This document shows positions 21,772 to 33,036 of a stretch of DNA of 33,702 nt, one piece after another. The translations under genes and the position numbers were made by a program. The notes under the pieces were generated by a model. It had not been told where the DNA came from, ran no database searches, and worked only from the letters and a program-made list of their open reading frames with translations. Source of the stretch: Basidiobolus ranarum. Taxonomy: Eukaryota. The number at the start of each line of letters is the position of its first letter. Position 1 is the stretch's first letter. The stretch spans positions 1-33,702 of the forward strand of contig JASJQH010006947.1 of assembly GCA_040143965.1 (NCBI GenBank), read 5' to 3'.

Positions 21772-23491
21772 CTAATCTTGTTTTGATTCAAAATCCATTA
21801 AAGCCTCCATATTGTAATGCTGCCTTAAGCTATTGATAATGGTATTTAGATTCTCGCCATTTAAGATATTGGTCATATCAAAGAGAGTTAAATTAATTCT
21901 ATGGTCAGTCACACGATCCTAGGGCATGAGGTATGATATTAGAGACTTATTGAGAGAAACGATTCATAAAGTATATATCACCTGTGGGAAATTGTAAGTT
22001 CGGATCTTTTCCGATCGTTCACCAGTGCCAATCTGAATTGAATTTAGTGAGAAAGTATTCAGCAAACTCAAAGATACATACGAATTTTACCTGTTTGTTT
22101 CTGGAGTCTCTTCGTGCTGTCTGTAACTTCATTCTTTCTTGTTCATAGAGTCTTGCACGCAGTACTTTAAGTGCTCTAGCTTTGTTCTGTGTTAAGGAAT
22201 ATCATTTAGTAAGATAGTCGCGAGAGTGTGACGCTCAAATATTACCTTATGTTGGGAACGCTCATCCTGCATTGCAACTACAATACCAGTTGGGATATGG
22301 GTGATTCTAACAGCACTGTCAGTAGTATTTACATGCTGACCGCCAGCACCACTAGAGCGATATAAATCTATACGCAAGTCACTCTCTCGGATCACAACAT
22401 CAACCTATTCATGAATAAAATCTTAGTAATTTTACTCCAATTTGCTAACATAAAATAAAATCTTGAATTACTTCTGTAGGTTGAGGCATAATGGCAACCG
22501 TAATAGTACTAGTGTGAACTCTTCCTTGACTTTCCGTAGCAGGAACTCTTTGTACTCTATGAACACCGGACTCAAATCGAAGTTTACCAAACACTCCACG
22601 ACCAACAATTTCTACGACCACATCTTTCACCCTATTGTTAGAGTCTTCTCCACCTGACATAACATCCACTTTCCATTTTTGTAATGCAGCATAACGTTGA
22701 TACATCTTCAAAACTTCATTAGCAAAAAGCGCTGCCTCGTCACCACCAGTACCCGCTCGAATTTCTAACATGGCACTACCTTCATCTGCCGAGTCTTTAG
22801 GCAGCAAAGATGATACCACCATTCCTTCCTTCTCCTTAATTATAGCCAAAACGGACTCACATTCTTCTTGAGCCATTTCTTGAAGGTCTGGATCTTCAGA
22901 ATTTAACATAACTTCAAGTTCTTTCAGTTCCTGAAAAGAAAAGTAAAATGAATGATTAGCCTAGTGCTTCACTCCCTCTCGAAAAAAATCACACTCTTAC
23001 GTTATGAGCCTGTTTGTATTCTTGGAAGGGTAAAACGACATCACCAAGTTCGCTTAATTCTTTTGAAATTTCCGTCATTTTCTCAGAACTAAGTTCCATC
23101 TAGTTGATAATACGTCAGAAAAAACCTGAAACCAAGTAACTATCGATTATTTACTAAAAAAACCCTTCGTAAAAAATATAACCTACATTTTCAGAAAGTT
23201 CCTTGACTAACTTAGAATGACGCTGTTCGGCAACGTTCAGGTTTTGAAGAATTTTTTCACTAATTACCGAACTTTGATATGTAGCAGCGGCTTATTAATA
23301 GTAAACGGTTAGCGTCATACGTTCTATTTTGGTGGAATAAATAAATGTTAAGCGCAAGTAAAAATAATACCATTTTGATATCTCGACAAGGAAAAGGAAC
23401 GAGTTATTGAAGTAAGCGGTTGGTATAGTTGGTTTATTACAGCTTCTCTGTATACTCTAGGAAGTATCGGACAGTATTTTAATAGTAACAT
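21772..23491 (-). CDS. MRF1: Mitochondrial peptide chain release factor 1, 411 aa; complement(join(21772..21918,21982..22032,22091..22186,22246..22404,22472..22930,23001..23099,23187..23290,23371..23491))
   Basis: Seven GT-AG introns give a continuous frame. Motifs [24 protein letters not shown] (PxT), [16 protein letters not shown] (GGQ) and [19 protein letters not shown], with an N-terminal presequence. Confidence 0.95.
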
Positions 23492-24031
23492 TATTTGTTC
23501 GAATAAACCTGTACACTAAGCCTCTTCGTTCTCGTCAAGTTTCGAGGAAATATTTTAAAATTTCGTTGGACCTCTAATAGACAAATTCCTGCTTTGACTT
23601 CATTCATAGTTGAAATTAGTAAAAATCATTCAAAATTTGCTTAATTAGCAATTTATAATCGTATTGTAAAGTATTTTCTAAATAACAGTAATTCTATGGA
23701 ATGACGACTTACCATACTTTACTAGGAATTCAATCTTCAATTTAAGCATAGCTAAATTGAATCCAAAAGAGATTAGAGAGATTGATTCTCGAAAACTTAA
23801 CGAAAGAGTGCTAGGAAATATTGAGTAAACTGAAGGGATAATCATCCTACTAATGTTAATCAAATAACTCCCTAGAAAACCATTCACGATTCAGCTCAAA
23901 AATGCATTATTAATCGACCACTCTAATTATCGCTTATCCCCTTTTTTTTTGTATATATAAGTATATATACATACTGAATAATGTTTCAGTATTGAAATTT
24001 TTGCAACACTTTGGTGTTTTCTTGTCTGGTA

Positions 24032-25086
24032 ATGCCTTCACAAACCAATGTTAACAATTTACGAAAATTATCGAATAGAAGTATCGTTGATAGAGTCTCA
24101 AATGGTCTTCGCCTCAGTGGAGATAATAAGGTCGATCTGTCCACAAGCTCTAAATCCGAGTTAGAATATATGTTGCGGAAGAATGAGGCTTTGCTTTCCA
24201 ACAAGTAATAACGTGAAATTTCTTAAATGTCATATAAACTTAGCTTACTGTGAATAACTCACCAACTTGTTTTGTACAACACTTGGTTGTGTTGGGGTTT
24301 CGTTGTGAATTTTTAAAAGGAGTTTAGTTGGTAATCTTAAAGATAAAGGAGAGAAACTTCGCTTGCAAAACGCGGAAATCAAACAACATTTAGCTGCCCT
24401 TATGGAAATCAATCAATTGGGTGACCAGTTAACTCAAATGGATCTTTCTACTGACACTCCTTCTGAAAGTACCAAAGAAAAGATTGATAGACAGACTGTT
24501 TCTCCAAAGACCCATGCTCTTCTTAACATGTCTTCTGTAAGTTCTGGCCATTCAATTGGATATTTGTATTAACTTGACTGACACAGTCTTTTCTTGATTT
24601 TGAAGTCAAAGCAAGGTCATACTGGTCTAGCCATTCCATTGTCACAAGAAGAATCTTTGAAACTATTGCAAAATCGTCGTCAAGAGTTGGAGGTAAACAA
24701 CCTCGATCTTATTGATAACGTTATAATAAGTAGAGATACTGACATCACTTTTAGGCTGCGGGTATCCAAAATGCTATCGAGAAACTTAAGTTCAGTTCAG
24801 GTAGTACTTCAAAGTCCGAGAAATACTCGTTCATCGATCAAAAGTATGCATCGTTTCTTGATTACTATTCCTCTTGGGATTTTAACTTATTATTACGAAC
24901 AGTTATCGAGATGAAGGTGCAGCTATGGATGAGAGTGAAGAGGAAAGTGATGATGACTCATACTGTAGCAATGATACCGACTCTACAGATGCTTGGCATG
25001 GTATATCTTTCACATTTACAAATGAGCTAACCCTAACCTTAAGATACTAATCGATTGCAATTGTAGAAGAAAATAGCGATGCATAG
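24032..25086 (+). CDS. POLR2M: Gdown1/GRINL1A-like protein (RNA polymerase II subunit M-like), about 227 aa; join(24032..24204,24320..24536,24606..24692,24755..24843,24903..25000,25067..25086)
   Basis: Spliced product contains DLSTSSKSELEYMLRKNEALLSNKSLVGNLKDKGEKL and PLSQEESLKLLQNRRQELEAAGIQNAIEKL...NYRDEG plus an acidic tail. These match, in order, the conserved N-terminal (LPDKG) and C-terminal (LSIEESL...YR, acidic end) blocks of animal Gdown1 as recalled. Acceptors of introns 1 and 2 have in-frame alternatives. Confidence 0.72.
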
Positions 25087-25426
25087 TTTGTATGGTTCAG
25101 TATGTAAAGTTCCTTTTTGAAATGGCCTCTGTTGATTTGTTTTTGAAAACCATCCAAAATCCAAAAAAGCAGTCACAGTATATTTAGACTCAAATAAATT
25201 TCAGTATTTTGTAAAATGAAGTATACTCTACCTGTATATATATATATATATTAGTAAGTGAAATTACACATTTTGAGTGAATCCACTTCTTCTGGTGATA
25301 CAGATTGAATGGAAATTTCAAATGTATTCCAGCACAATGGTGAGCATACATTGAATGCTATAATGAGTATTGGTTTAAAGATTGTCATGCTGATATATTA
25401 GCAGTTGTACCACTGAAATCACCTGG

Positions 25427-25992
25427 ATGGAAGAATCTCACTCCACTATTAGTCCGGACAACCATATTAAAGGACAACAAGAGCCTACCCAAACCAAACA
25501 TGACTCATTTCAAAGCGTAACCTGCAAAGCAAAATCAAGCAAGAAAAGCAGCTATTCCTCTCGAAAACAAAATCCAACTAAAGTAAATAAAGAAAAGTGT
25601 GGCCCCAAAAAGCCTAGGAGCGCATATATCATGTTTACCATCAACGAAAGGTATATAAGAGTTTTTGTTATCTGTGGTTTAATCTTTGAAATAATCACCT
25701 ATGCATTGAAGACCGCGACTCAGCGTAGAATATCCGAAGGCCTCGGCTACACGCTTGCTAAAATTACTTGGCGCAAAATGGAAAACGCTGTCTGATATAG
25801 AGAAAAAGGTACGCTATCATGGATACAGCAGCCAAAATTTTTTAGTAAATCTATGCTTTACTATAGCCCTACGATGATATGGCCCAACGAGATAAGCTGC
25901 GTTATGAAGCAGAAAAGAGGAGGCATCACTTGGGATGTTCCCCTGAGACTATCAACTTGTCTCAAGAGTTCTTATTTCAATCAGATTTATAG
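25427..25992 (+). CDS. HMG-box protein, HMGB/NHP6 class, about 148 aa; join(25427..25650,25712..25808,25867..25992)
   Basis: Spliced box GPKKPRSAYIMFTINERPRLSVEYPKASATRLLKLLGAKWKTLSDIEKKPYDDMAQRDKLRYEAEK. The start codon is uncertain (possible 5'-UTR intron at about 25340-25401). Confidence 0.85.
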
Positions 25993-26260
25993 GAAAATAG
26001 GAAAGAATTTGTTGGTGCGTAACATTCATCTTCTGTAAGTACCACATTGAACGGGCGCAAAATCAACTCTATACAGATGGTTATCATATTGTAAAAATAC
26101 AATATCCGCAGGATCAAAGAATATTTCTAATTTCATGTGTACGTGCCGCAGTATATAATTCAAAAGCTTTTAAAATAAAGTGATCATCTCAGTATGAGGA
26201 AAATTTCAAGAGTATATCAGCATAGAGTGATTGGCCACTCTTATGATTTTGCAGGCTTGG

Positions 26261-27230
26261 CAACTCCACGTGTACATCGTGGATGAACCCTATTCCCTTA
26301 ATTATATAAAACTGTCACTTTGCTTTTAATTTTGGAAAAGTATTACTTACCGTTTTAAAATGGGCCGTGAAAACATGAAGATTGGTACCTGCTGCTTTTG
26401 CATCAGTGTTCGAACTGCTACTTTGATTTTAGCCACTCTTGGGGCAGTATGTAGAGCTGATGATGTATTTTTACAACTAATTTGCTAATATAACGTTTAT
26501 CTTTTAAACATAGCTTGGTAATCTTCTTACTATCCTCACTTATGGCTTACAACCTGTCTATTCCTTCGGTTACACTCAGAATGTCATTTCCTACTTATTT
26601 TTCCTCATCTGTTGTGCTGGCGTTTATGGCGTTTGGAAAGAAAACATCCGCATGATCAGAACGTTCGTTGTATACTATTGGATGACTTTTACCATCAGCA
26701 TGATTTCTGTTGTTATGTTCAGTTTGACTGTTTTCCAAAGAGAAGATTCTGTTTGTGAGGAAGTGAGCAGCAACCCCGAATTTGAAATGGATATGGATAC
26801 CTGCTACCAATACTACTTCAAGATTGCTCTTGGCACTGTAATTGCATCTTGCATAAGCTTGGTTTTTAATGTAAGTGCAATGTTGGTTTAAACATTCTTT
26901 TATTTACTTCTCTGACTAAATTTCTATGTAGCTTTATTGTGGTATTGCTGTCTGGTCCTATTATCGCCAAATTTCTCTCCCAAGTGATTACACTAGTGTC
27001 CCTCAAGAAGAGTTGGGTAAAGGTGGCGAGAAGTGCTAAATTCTCAAAAGTATGGGCGTGTTTCTCGATGTAGTTTATTCCAAATTTTATTTTCCATAAA
27101 TGTATTACATGTTCAATAGGAACACGTACCACTTTTCTATATCAAATATATATCCTAACCAGAAGGAAGGTAAAGGAAAATAAACGATATCACCAATAAT
27201 TATTGATCTTGGTTTTGATGAAGTTTCTGT
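26261..27230 (+). repeat. Duplicated unit, copy 1 (promoter + four-TM gene A + 3' flank)
   Basis: CCACGTGT..ATC.TGGATGAACCCT.TTCCCTTAAT.ATATAAAACTGTCAC, both introns and the 3' flank are shared with 29606-30575. Confidence 0.85.
26360..27039 (+). CDS. Four-TM membrane protein A (tetraspanin/LAPTM-like topology), 183 aa; join(26360..26446,26514..26870,26932..27039)
   Basis: MGRENMKIGTCCFCISVRTATLILATLGA|LGNLL...; four hydrophobic segments, a loop with two Cys (SVCEE...DTCY), and tail VWSYYRQI...YTSV (YxxPhi). Two phase-0 GT-AG introns. Confidence 0.87.
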
Positions 27231-27337
27231 TTATGAGGAAAGGATGTATGTATGAGCATATAGACATTTATATATCAAGTGCATTTTTACTCGAAAAAGC
27301 AATCTTTATATATTCTTCTCTGGATTACACCAGTTTA

Positions 27338-27590
27338 ATGCGAGTCCTGAAGTCTCTAAAGTTTATACCTATTGCTATTGTGTGGGATTGCTGCCTCGAT
27401 TCTTGTCACTTTTAGAACAGAATGCATAGCTGATTAGATACCTGAAATACTGATATAAATGAGAAAGTCGTTTGTCAAAGATTACATATTTGGGCTGACT
27501 TTGAAATGAGCATTGATACCTGTCTAAATATTATCTCAAAATTGCTCTCAGTATTGTGATTGTGAGGCTTGGTTGTTAATGAAAGTGCAT
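27338..27590 (+). pseudogene. Decayed A/B-type four-TM gene copy with internal deletion
   Basis: TTTGAAATGagcattGATACCTG...AAAATTGCTCT...GCTTGGTTGTTAATGAAAGTGCA matches the end of exon 2 of gene A. An exon 1 remnant has lost its donor (CAGAATGCATAGCTGAT versus CAGTATGTAGAGCTGAT). Confidence 0.7.
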
Positions 27591-27718
27591 TACGGATCTA
27601 AATATTTTCAACCTATTTTGTTAAGTTCCCATACTTTAGCTAGGCGTAGATGCATCGGTCATAGTCACTTTCAGAGCAGTACTAGGTAACTGGTATAATT
27701 TTGATCCTTGAAATATAG

Positions 27719-27910
27719 CTTTGCGACAGTTTCCAAATCCTCATGTACTGCAACAAACTTAACTATCCAGTCTCGCATAATCTAAATTTTCTCTTTCCAC
27801 CACTCACCTACTATGCACTATTTTTTTGGTATAGAGATGACAGAGTAACAGGCTTTCAAACTTGCGTTTGGTCTGTCAGGGTGTGCTCCGTAGTAATAAC
27901 TCTTCTCAGG
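27719..27910 (+). pseudogene. Truncated C-type four-TM exon 2 fragment
   Basis: After the acceptor TTGAAATATAG it reads LCDSFQILMYC...YALFFWYRDDRVTGFQTCVWSVRVC, homologous to gene C LCGSLQILIYC...CGFFYWYRDNRPKVVQICSRTAWVC. No exon 1 and no downstream continuation. Confidence 0.7.
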
Positions 27911-28101
27911 ATCAATGATGTTTTTCGTCCTTATTTTTCCATCTTCGTTTCGATGAAATTTCCGCGTATGGGAAAAGGATGTATGTTATTGCCTGAGTCT
28001 ATAATGTGTCACTTATATATATTCCTCTTCGTATTAAGCCTTCCTGTTTTATAGCTCTGGTGCGTTAGAAGCTTGTACCGCTTCATTAGCTGATCTTCAA
28101 G

Positions 28102-28533
28102 CTTTGGGATATTCTTCAAATCCTCACCAATTGCAACAAACGTCACCATTTTCGTACAATATAGATGTACTTGTTTTCTTCCCACCATTCATCTACTGTA
28201 TTCAGTTTAACAGGTATAGAAATGATAGAATGAGGGATGTTCATATTTATATACGATCAATTACATTTATCTTCTAGATTTAGAATTTGGTTTGTAAAGG
28301 CTGGAGTGGCAACATTGAAATGGATTAGTACAACAAGAGTCAATACTGGATTTGATTTTACGGATAAGTACTGTGCTGATCTACGCACTTTCCATTTATT
28401 TTGCAGATCTTGTTTCAATGTTTCAATAGATTGTAACTGGTATTACACTAGTACTGAACTACTACACCTTTGGCTGGGTGAATCCAAGGCCATTCAAACT
28501 ACCTCTTCCTCCAGGTATATTCCAAACCCATAG
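28102..28533 (+). pseudogene. Decayed C-type four-TM copy with frameshift and several stops
   Basis: LWDILQILTNCNKRH...RYRNDR...ITFIF*I*NLVCKGWSGNIEMD*YNKSQYWI*. The terminal block LGESKAIQTTSSSRYIPNP* matches 32050-32110. Confidence 0.75.
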
Positions 28534-28949
28534 CTTGTATGCAAACTCTTGATAAAATTTTGATAATATATGCTCTTGACTATATGATCTGCTCGAAAAA
28601 ACCGAAGCAAGCGCAAAATATTTAACTATGTGGATTCAATCATGACAGCAGGATTCCTCGAGAGTAGATAGATAAGTGGGCTGAATAGAGAGTGCTTTCT
28701 CAATGTAGCTCAGCAGTCTGATTGTATTCCACGTTCATCACAAACCCCTTTGACCGTACCAATACATCTGCAGGAAAATAAGTATCAATGATTGTGCTAA
28801 TTAGACACCTAAGTTACAGATATATCTTCGGTTGGTTCCATACTGGAGGCTTCAAGCAGTTCATTTATAATCCTGTACCATGCAATCCTCTCCCCATCTT
28901 TTTCAGGCTTCTTAGTAATGTTATTGGAGTCAGGATTATTAAAGCGGTG

Positions 28950-29100
28950 ATATGTACTGGATAGGAATACGCGTCTTAAGTTTGGTTGTCAACGCAAATA
29001 CTCTGTTTATTCCAATGGCTTCATATCTGCATAGCTTTATTGTTGTCTGGTCTCATCGCCGAACCTCTGTTCAAAGCATTAACTCCAGTATCACTCGAAT
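28950..29100 (+). pseudogene. Short remnant of A/B-type exon 2 end / exon 3
   Basis: ATAGCTTTATTGT..TGTCTGGTCTCATCGCCGAACCTCT resembles the gene A exon 3 start GTAGCTTTATTGTGGTATTGCTGTCTGGTCCTATTATCGCCAAATTTCT. Confidence 0.5.
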
Positions 29101-29605
29101 CAGCTCGAGTTAATACGTTGGAAAGAACTGTGTAATAGGGCTGGGTAAATACATAGCCTTTGCAACTATTACTTCATGTCATTCATAGAATTGTATTATA
29201 GTGGCAACTATAGCGCCACCAAAAAATGATTATGATCACAATGAAAAAAGTGGGTTCAACTATGGCCTAACATAATAATTGATTATCCTAATGGCCAAAT
29301 GATTAGAATCGGTAGATACCTCATATGGTGCCAAATTTCCAAATCAAAAATATTTCGTCAACCACGAAACTAGGCATTGTTTCAAGTAACCCAATGATAG
29401 TAGCTGAACCCGATTTAGCTATTGCATGGGCTAAATCGATTATTCTATGCAAACATGAAGCTATAACGGAAATCAGCATCGATATCATCTAGCACACTAG
29501 TTACATCGACTGACAATAAATACAATTGCAAGTACACCAGAGATGCGTTAAACATCACTGATGCTAAACCAGATAATGAATTTAATTCGGGTCATGAAAA
29601 CGTAG

Positions 29606-30575
29606 CAACCCCACGTGTGCATCATGGATGAACCCTGTTCCCTTAATCATATAAAACTGTCACCTCGCGATTAAATCTTGAAAAAATATTATCTACCGTG
29701 TTTTAAAATGGGTCGTGTTGGCATGATTAATACCTGCTGCTTTTGTATTCGTCTTCGAACTGCTGCTTTGCTTTTGGCCACTCTTGGGGCAGTATGTAGA
29801 GTTGATTATATATTGCACTATCATTTTACCGACTTAACTTTACATCTTCAAATATAGCTTGGTAACCTTCTTGCTACTCTCATCTATGGCTTGCAACCCG
29901 GCAATTCGGTCAAATACATCCAAAGTGGTATTTCCTTCTTATGTTTCCTCGCCTGTTGTGCTGGTATTTATGGTATCAGGAAAGAGAACATCCGAATGAT
30001 AAAGATGTTCGCTGTATACTATTGGATAAATTTTGCTCTTAGCATAATTTTTGTTGTCATATTTAGTTTGACTGTCTTCCAGTTGGAGGATTTCGTTTGC
30101 CAGGAATTGAGTAGCAACCCTGAGCTTGAAATGGACATGGATACCTGCTATCAATACTACTTCAAGATTGCTCTTGGCACTGTAATTGCAACTTGCATAA
30201 GCTTGGTTTTTAATGTAAGTGCCATGTTGGTTGAACCATTTTTTTATTTATTTTTCTGACTAAATGTCTATGTAGCTTTACTGCAGTATTGCTGTCTGGT
30301 CTTATTATCGCCAAATCTCTCCTCCAAGTGGTTACACTAGTGTCTCCCAAGAAGAGTTAGATGAAGATGTTGAAGCGAATTGAATTCTTTATAAATATGC
30401 GCATATTTATTAATACAGTTCAACCATTCCAAAGTTGGTTTCCCATCAATGTATTAGATGTTTAGTAGAAACGAATACCACTTTCTCTCTATCAAATATG
30501 TATCCTAACAAGAAGAAAAGCATAGAAAAGAATAAATGATATCGCCGGTAAGTATTAGCCTTAGTTTAGATGAAA
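29606..30575 (+). repeat. Duplicated unit, copy 2 (promoter + four-TM gene B + 3' flank)
   Basis: High nucleotide similarity to 26261-27230, including non-coding parts. Confidence 0.85.
29708..30383 (+). CDS. Four-TM membrane protein B, 182 aa; join(29708..29791,29858..30214,30276..30383)
   Basis: Close paralog of gene A with identical intron positions and exon 2 and 3 lengths (357 and 108 nt). MGRVGMINTCCFCIRLRTA...EMDMDTCYQYYFKIALG...VWSYYRQI...YTSV. Confidence 0.87.
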
Positions 30576-31199
30576 CTCATATGTGATGAGTGATCTTCCT
30601 TTATAGATAGTATTCTTCAAGTACATTGGAGTTTGGCTAACCTAGTATACAATCCAAGCGCAGTTGCGTAAATTTATAGCCTTGCAATACATCTCATTCT
30701 CCAAGTATATCTCAACTAACTAATCCTACAGAGCATGAATGGTGTCTCATGAATAACATATAGACACCTATGACGTCACCAAAAAATACTCCCGTGTTAG
30801 ATCACTTCAATCAAAAATGAAGAAAAGGTATGAAAGTCAAGCTATTAAATTATATGCTTTCAACTGATCCATTTTGGTATGAGAAATTTGAATTGTGAGA
30901 GACTCAACATAAACAAAGTTGGACAAGTATATCCACGCAATTTACTCTGTTGATTATTCAGGTACAGTCGGGTGCATACACTCACAAACCTTGGCAAATA
31001 TGGATTTATTTCTCAACACGTGCTCTTTTCTCTCCATCCAATTTGGATCTAGACACGTAGGAAGGTGAAGGAAAGTAAGAACTATTTCACTAGAAATAAT
31101 TCACCTCAAAAGAAAGGATATACAGATGCTCATATTGGTATTATATAAAAAATATATTCTTCCCCGTAAAAAGTTTATTCCTACACTCCCGAATTTATC

Positions 31200-32110
31200 A
31201 TGAATCGTTTATTTTACATCTTTTTTTGGATATTAGTTGTATAACGATTTTAGATATTTTTCAACGGGTATGTAAAACTGGCTTACGCACATTAGACAAC
31301 TCATCTACCGATATGATATTAATTCTCGTACCACAGCTTTGGGATACTCTTCAAATCCTCTCGTATTGCAACAAACGTCACCAACTACTCTCGTACAATT
31401 TAATTGCAGTTTAGTGTTTTCTGCTATTCATCCACTGTGCTCTGTTTTACAGGTATAGAAATGTCAGAATAAGACATGCTCGAATTTGTATACAACATGC
31501 TTGGTACTGCTTCATTATCTCTATTCTTTGCACTATGACAAGTACTTTTATCTGCCAAAATGAAGATTCGGTTTGCGAAGACTTGAGTAACAACACTGAA
31601 ATGAAAGAGCAAAACCAAAAGCCAGTACTTGTTTTTGGTTTCATGGGTAAGTATTGCACTGATCGATCCATTTATTTTGATGACTAAATGTTCTATATAA
31701 TTTTCATTTGTTGTGTTTTTGGTATTGTGCTAGGATTAAACGGAATTGGGCGACACCAACAGAAGAATAATTATTTTAGAAGCCAAAGTAAAAGATTTCG
31801 TAAGTAGGCATAATCTTAAGTCACCAAATCAGCATTTAATAAATAATGATTAAAAGCAATATTAATGCATGCAATAGTCATTAATTGGTGTTTGATCTTG
31901 GTTTATATATCTAACGTACCTTACTATGTAATTTACTTAGACCAAACATGCTAGATTATAAATCAGGTGCTCTATTTTACACTTGGTACTTCCCCTTAGT
32001 TTTACTACTTAGTTCTTGATCACTTTCACTCTATCATTGTCTCAGTGGATTTAGGCCAAATCAAGGTCATTCAATCTACTCCCTCATCCAGGTGTATTTC
32101 CACGCCATAG
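31200..32110 (+). pseudogene. Near-full-length C-type four-TM pseudogene
   Basis: ATG 31200 (MNR...), frameshift at or near the T7 run at 31221-31227, intron 31268-31336. Exon 2 reads LWDTLQILSYC...AV*CFLL...WYCFIIS...QNEDSVCEDLSNNTEM with in-frame TAG at 31412-31414. Exon 3 remnant FWYCARIKRN and terminal LGQIKVIQSTPSSRCISTP*. Confidence 0.75.
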
Positions 32111-33036
32111 ATTGTATCATTGAACACTTTATTAATTTGTAACACTGTATAATTGATTACTACTGTATGGTTTTACTATGTATATCGGCTTGAAGAATTT
32201 TCCACTTCAAGAACTGAAGCGAATGCAAACTATCTAAACATGGGGGCTCAGCCATGACTTAAACTGGTTGATTATCCTATTTAGACTGCACCAAATGGAA
32301 GTAATTTTTAATCACCAAACACTGGCCTGTATTAATATTGTATTTCGACCATATATAAATGGGATAAGAGCATCATTCAAAAGTGATAACTCCTTGGAGA
32401 TATGGGGTGTACTTCGATGTAACTCAACCGTCCAATTCTACATTTTCCACAATGGGGACGGTTAGCTTCTTAATGGACGCTGACGAATAAGCTGGTGTTT
32501 CACCAGCAATGAGTTACCTCGATCAACCTTGACTTTAATAGGAAAAAAGAATATGTGGATGATTTTATTGCCATTTTTGTATAAAGGTTCCTTTTTTTCG
32601 GAAAAAATCGCCTTTAGCTTAATTTATACTATGTCATTTTAGCAAGTATTCAAAACTGGGTACGTGTAGACAAATAAATTATTGATATAATTTGGATTTT
32701 TAAAACCCTTTTGAACCTTCTCATCGTTTCTTATATTACTCATTGATATCTTCATAAATACGATAATAAGAGTCAGGATTGATTGTTTTAAGTCAGTATG
32801 AAGCCAGATTTACTAACCGCAAGACTGTTTTGGGTCATTGAATCAACTCATCAATCAAAAATAGTACTATTCATTATTTAGTATTCAATCCCAGTAGATA
32901 GATTAGAGAGGCGAAGATTCTATGGTAGTAGGAGGAAAAGATGAATGGATAAACATATTGCCAACCTTATATAAAATCTATTCGTATCCTCGAATTAAAA
33001 TCTCCTTCATTCCTCTTTATGTCACCGGAATCTAAA

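Noticed and set aside
25427-25992. HMG-box gene as a possible sexP/sexM mating-type locus
   Set aside because: The box is HMGB/NHP6 class (PKKPRSAY, DKLRYE), not MATA-HMG (PRPxNAF), and no triose-phosphate transporter or RNA helicase flanks it.
31412-31414. In-frame TAG as a possible readthrough or recoding site
   Set aside because: The same copy also has an exon 1 frameshift and an apparently lost exon 3 acceptor, so pseudogenisation is the simpler explanation. TAG is used as a normal stop elsewhere in the window.
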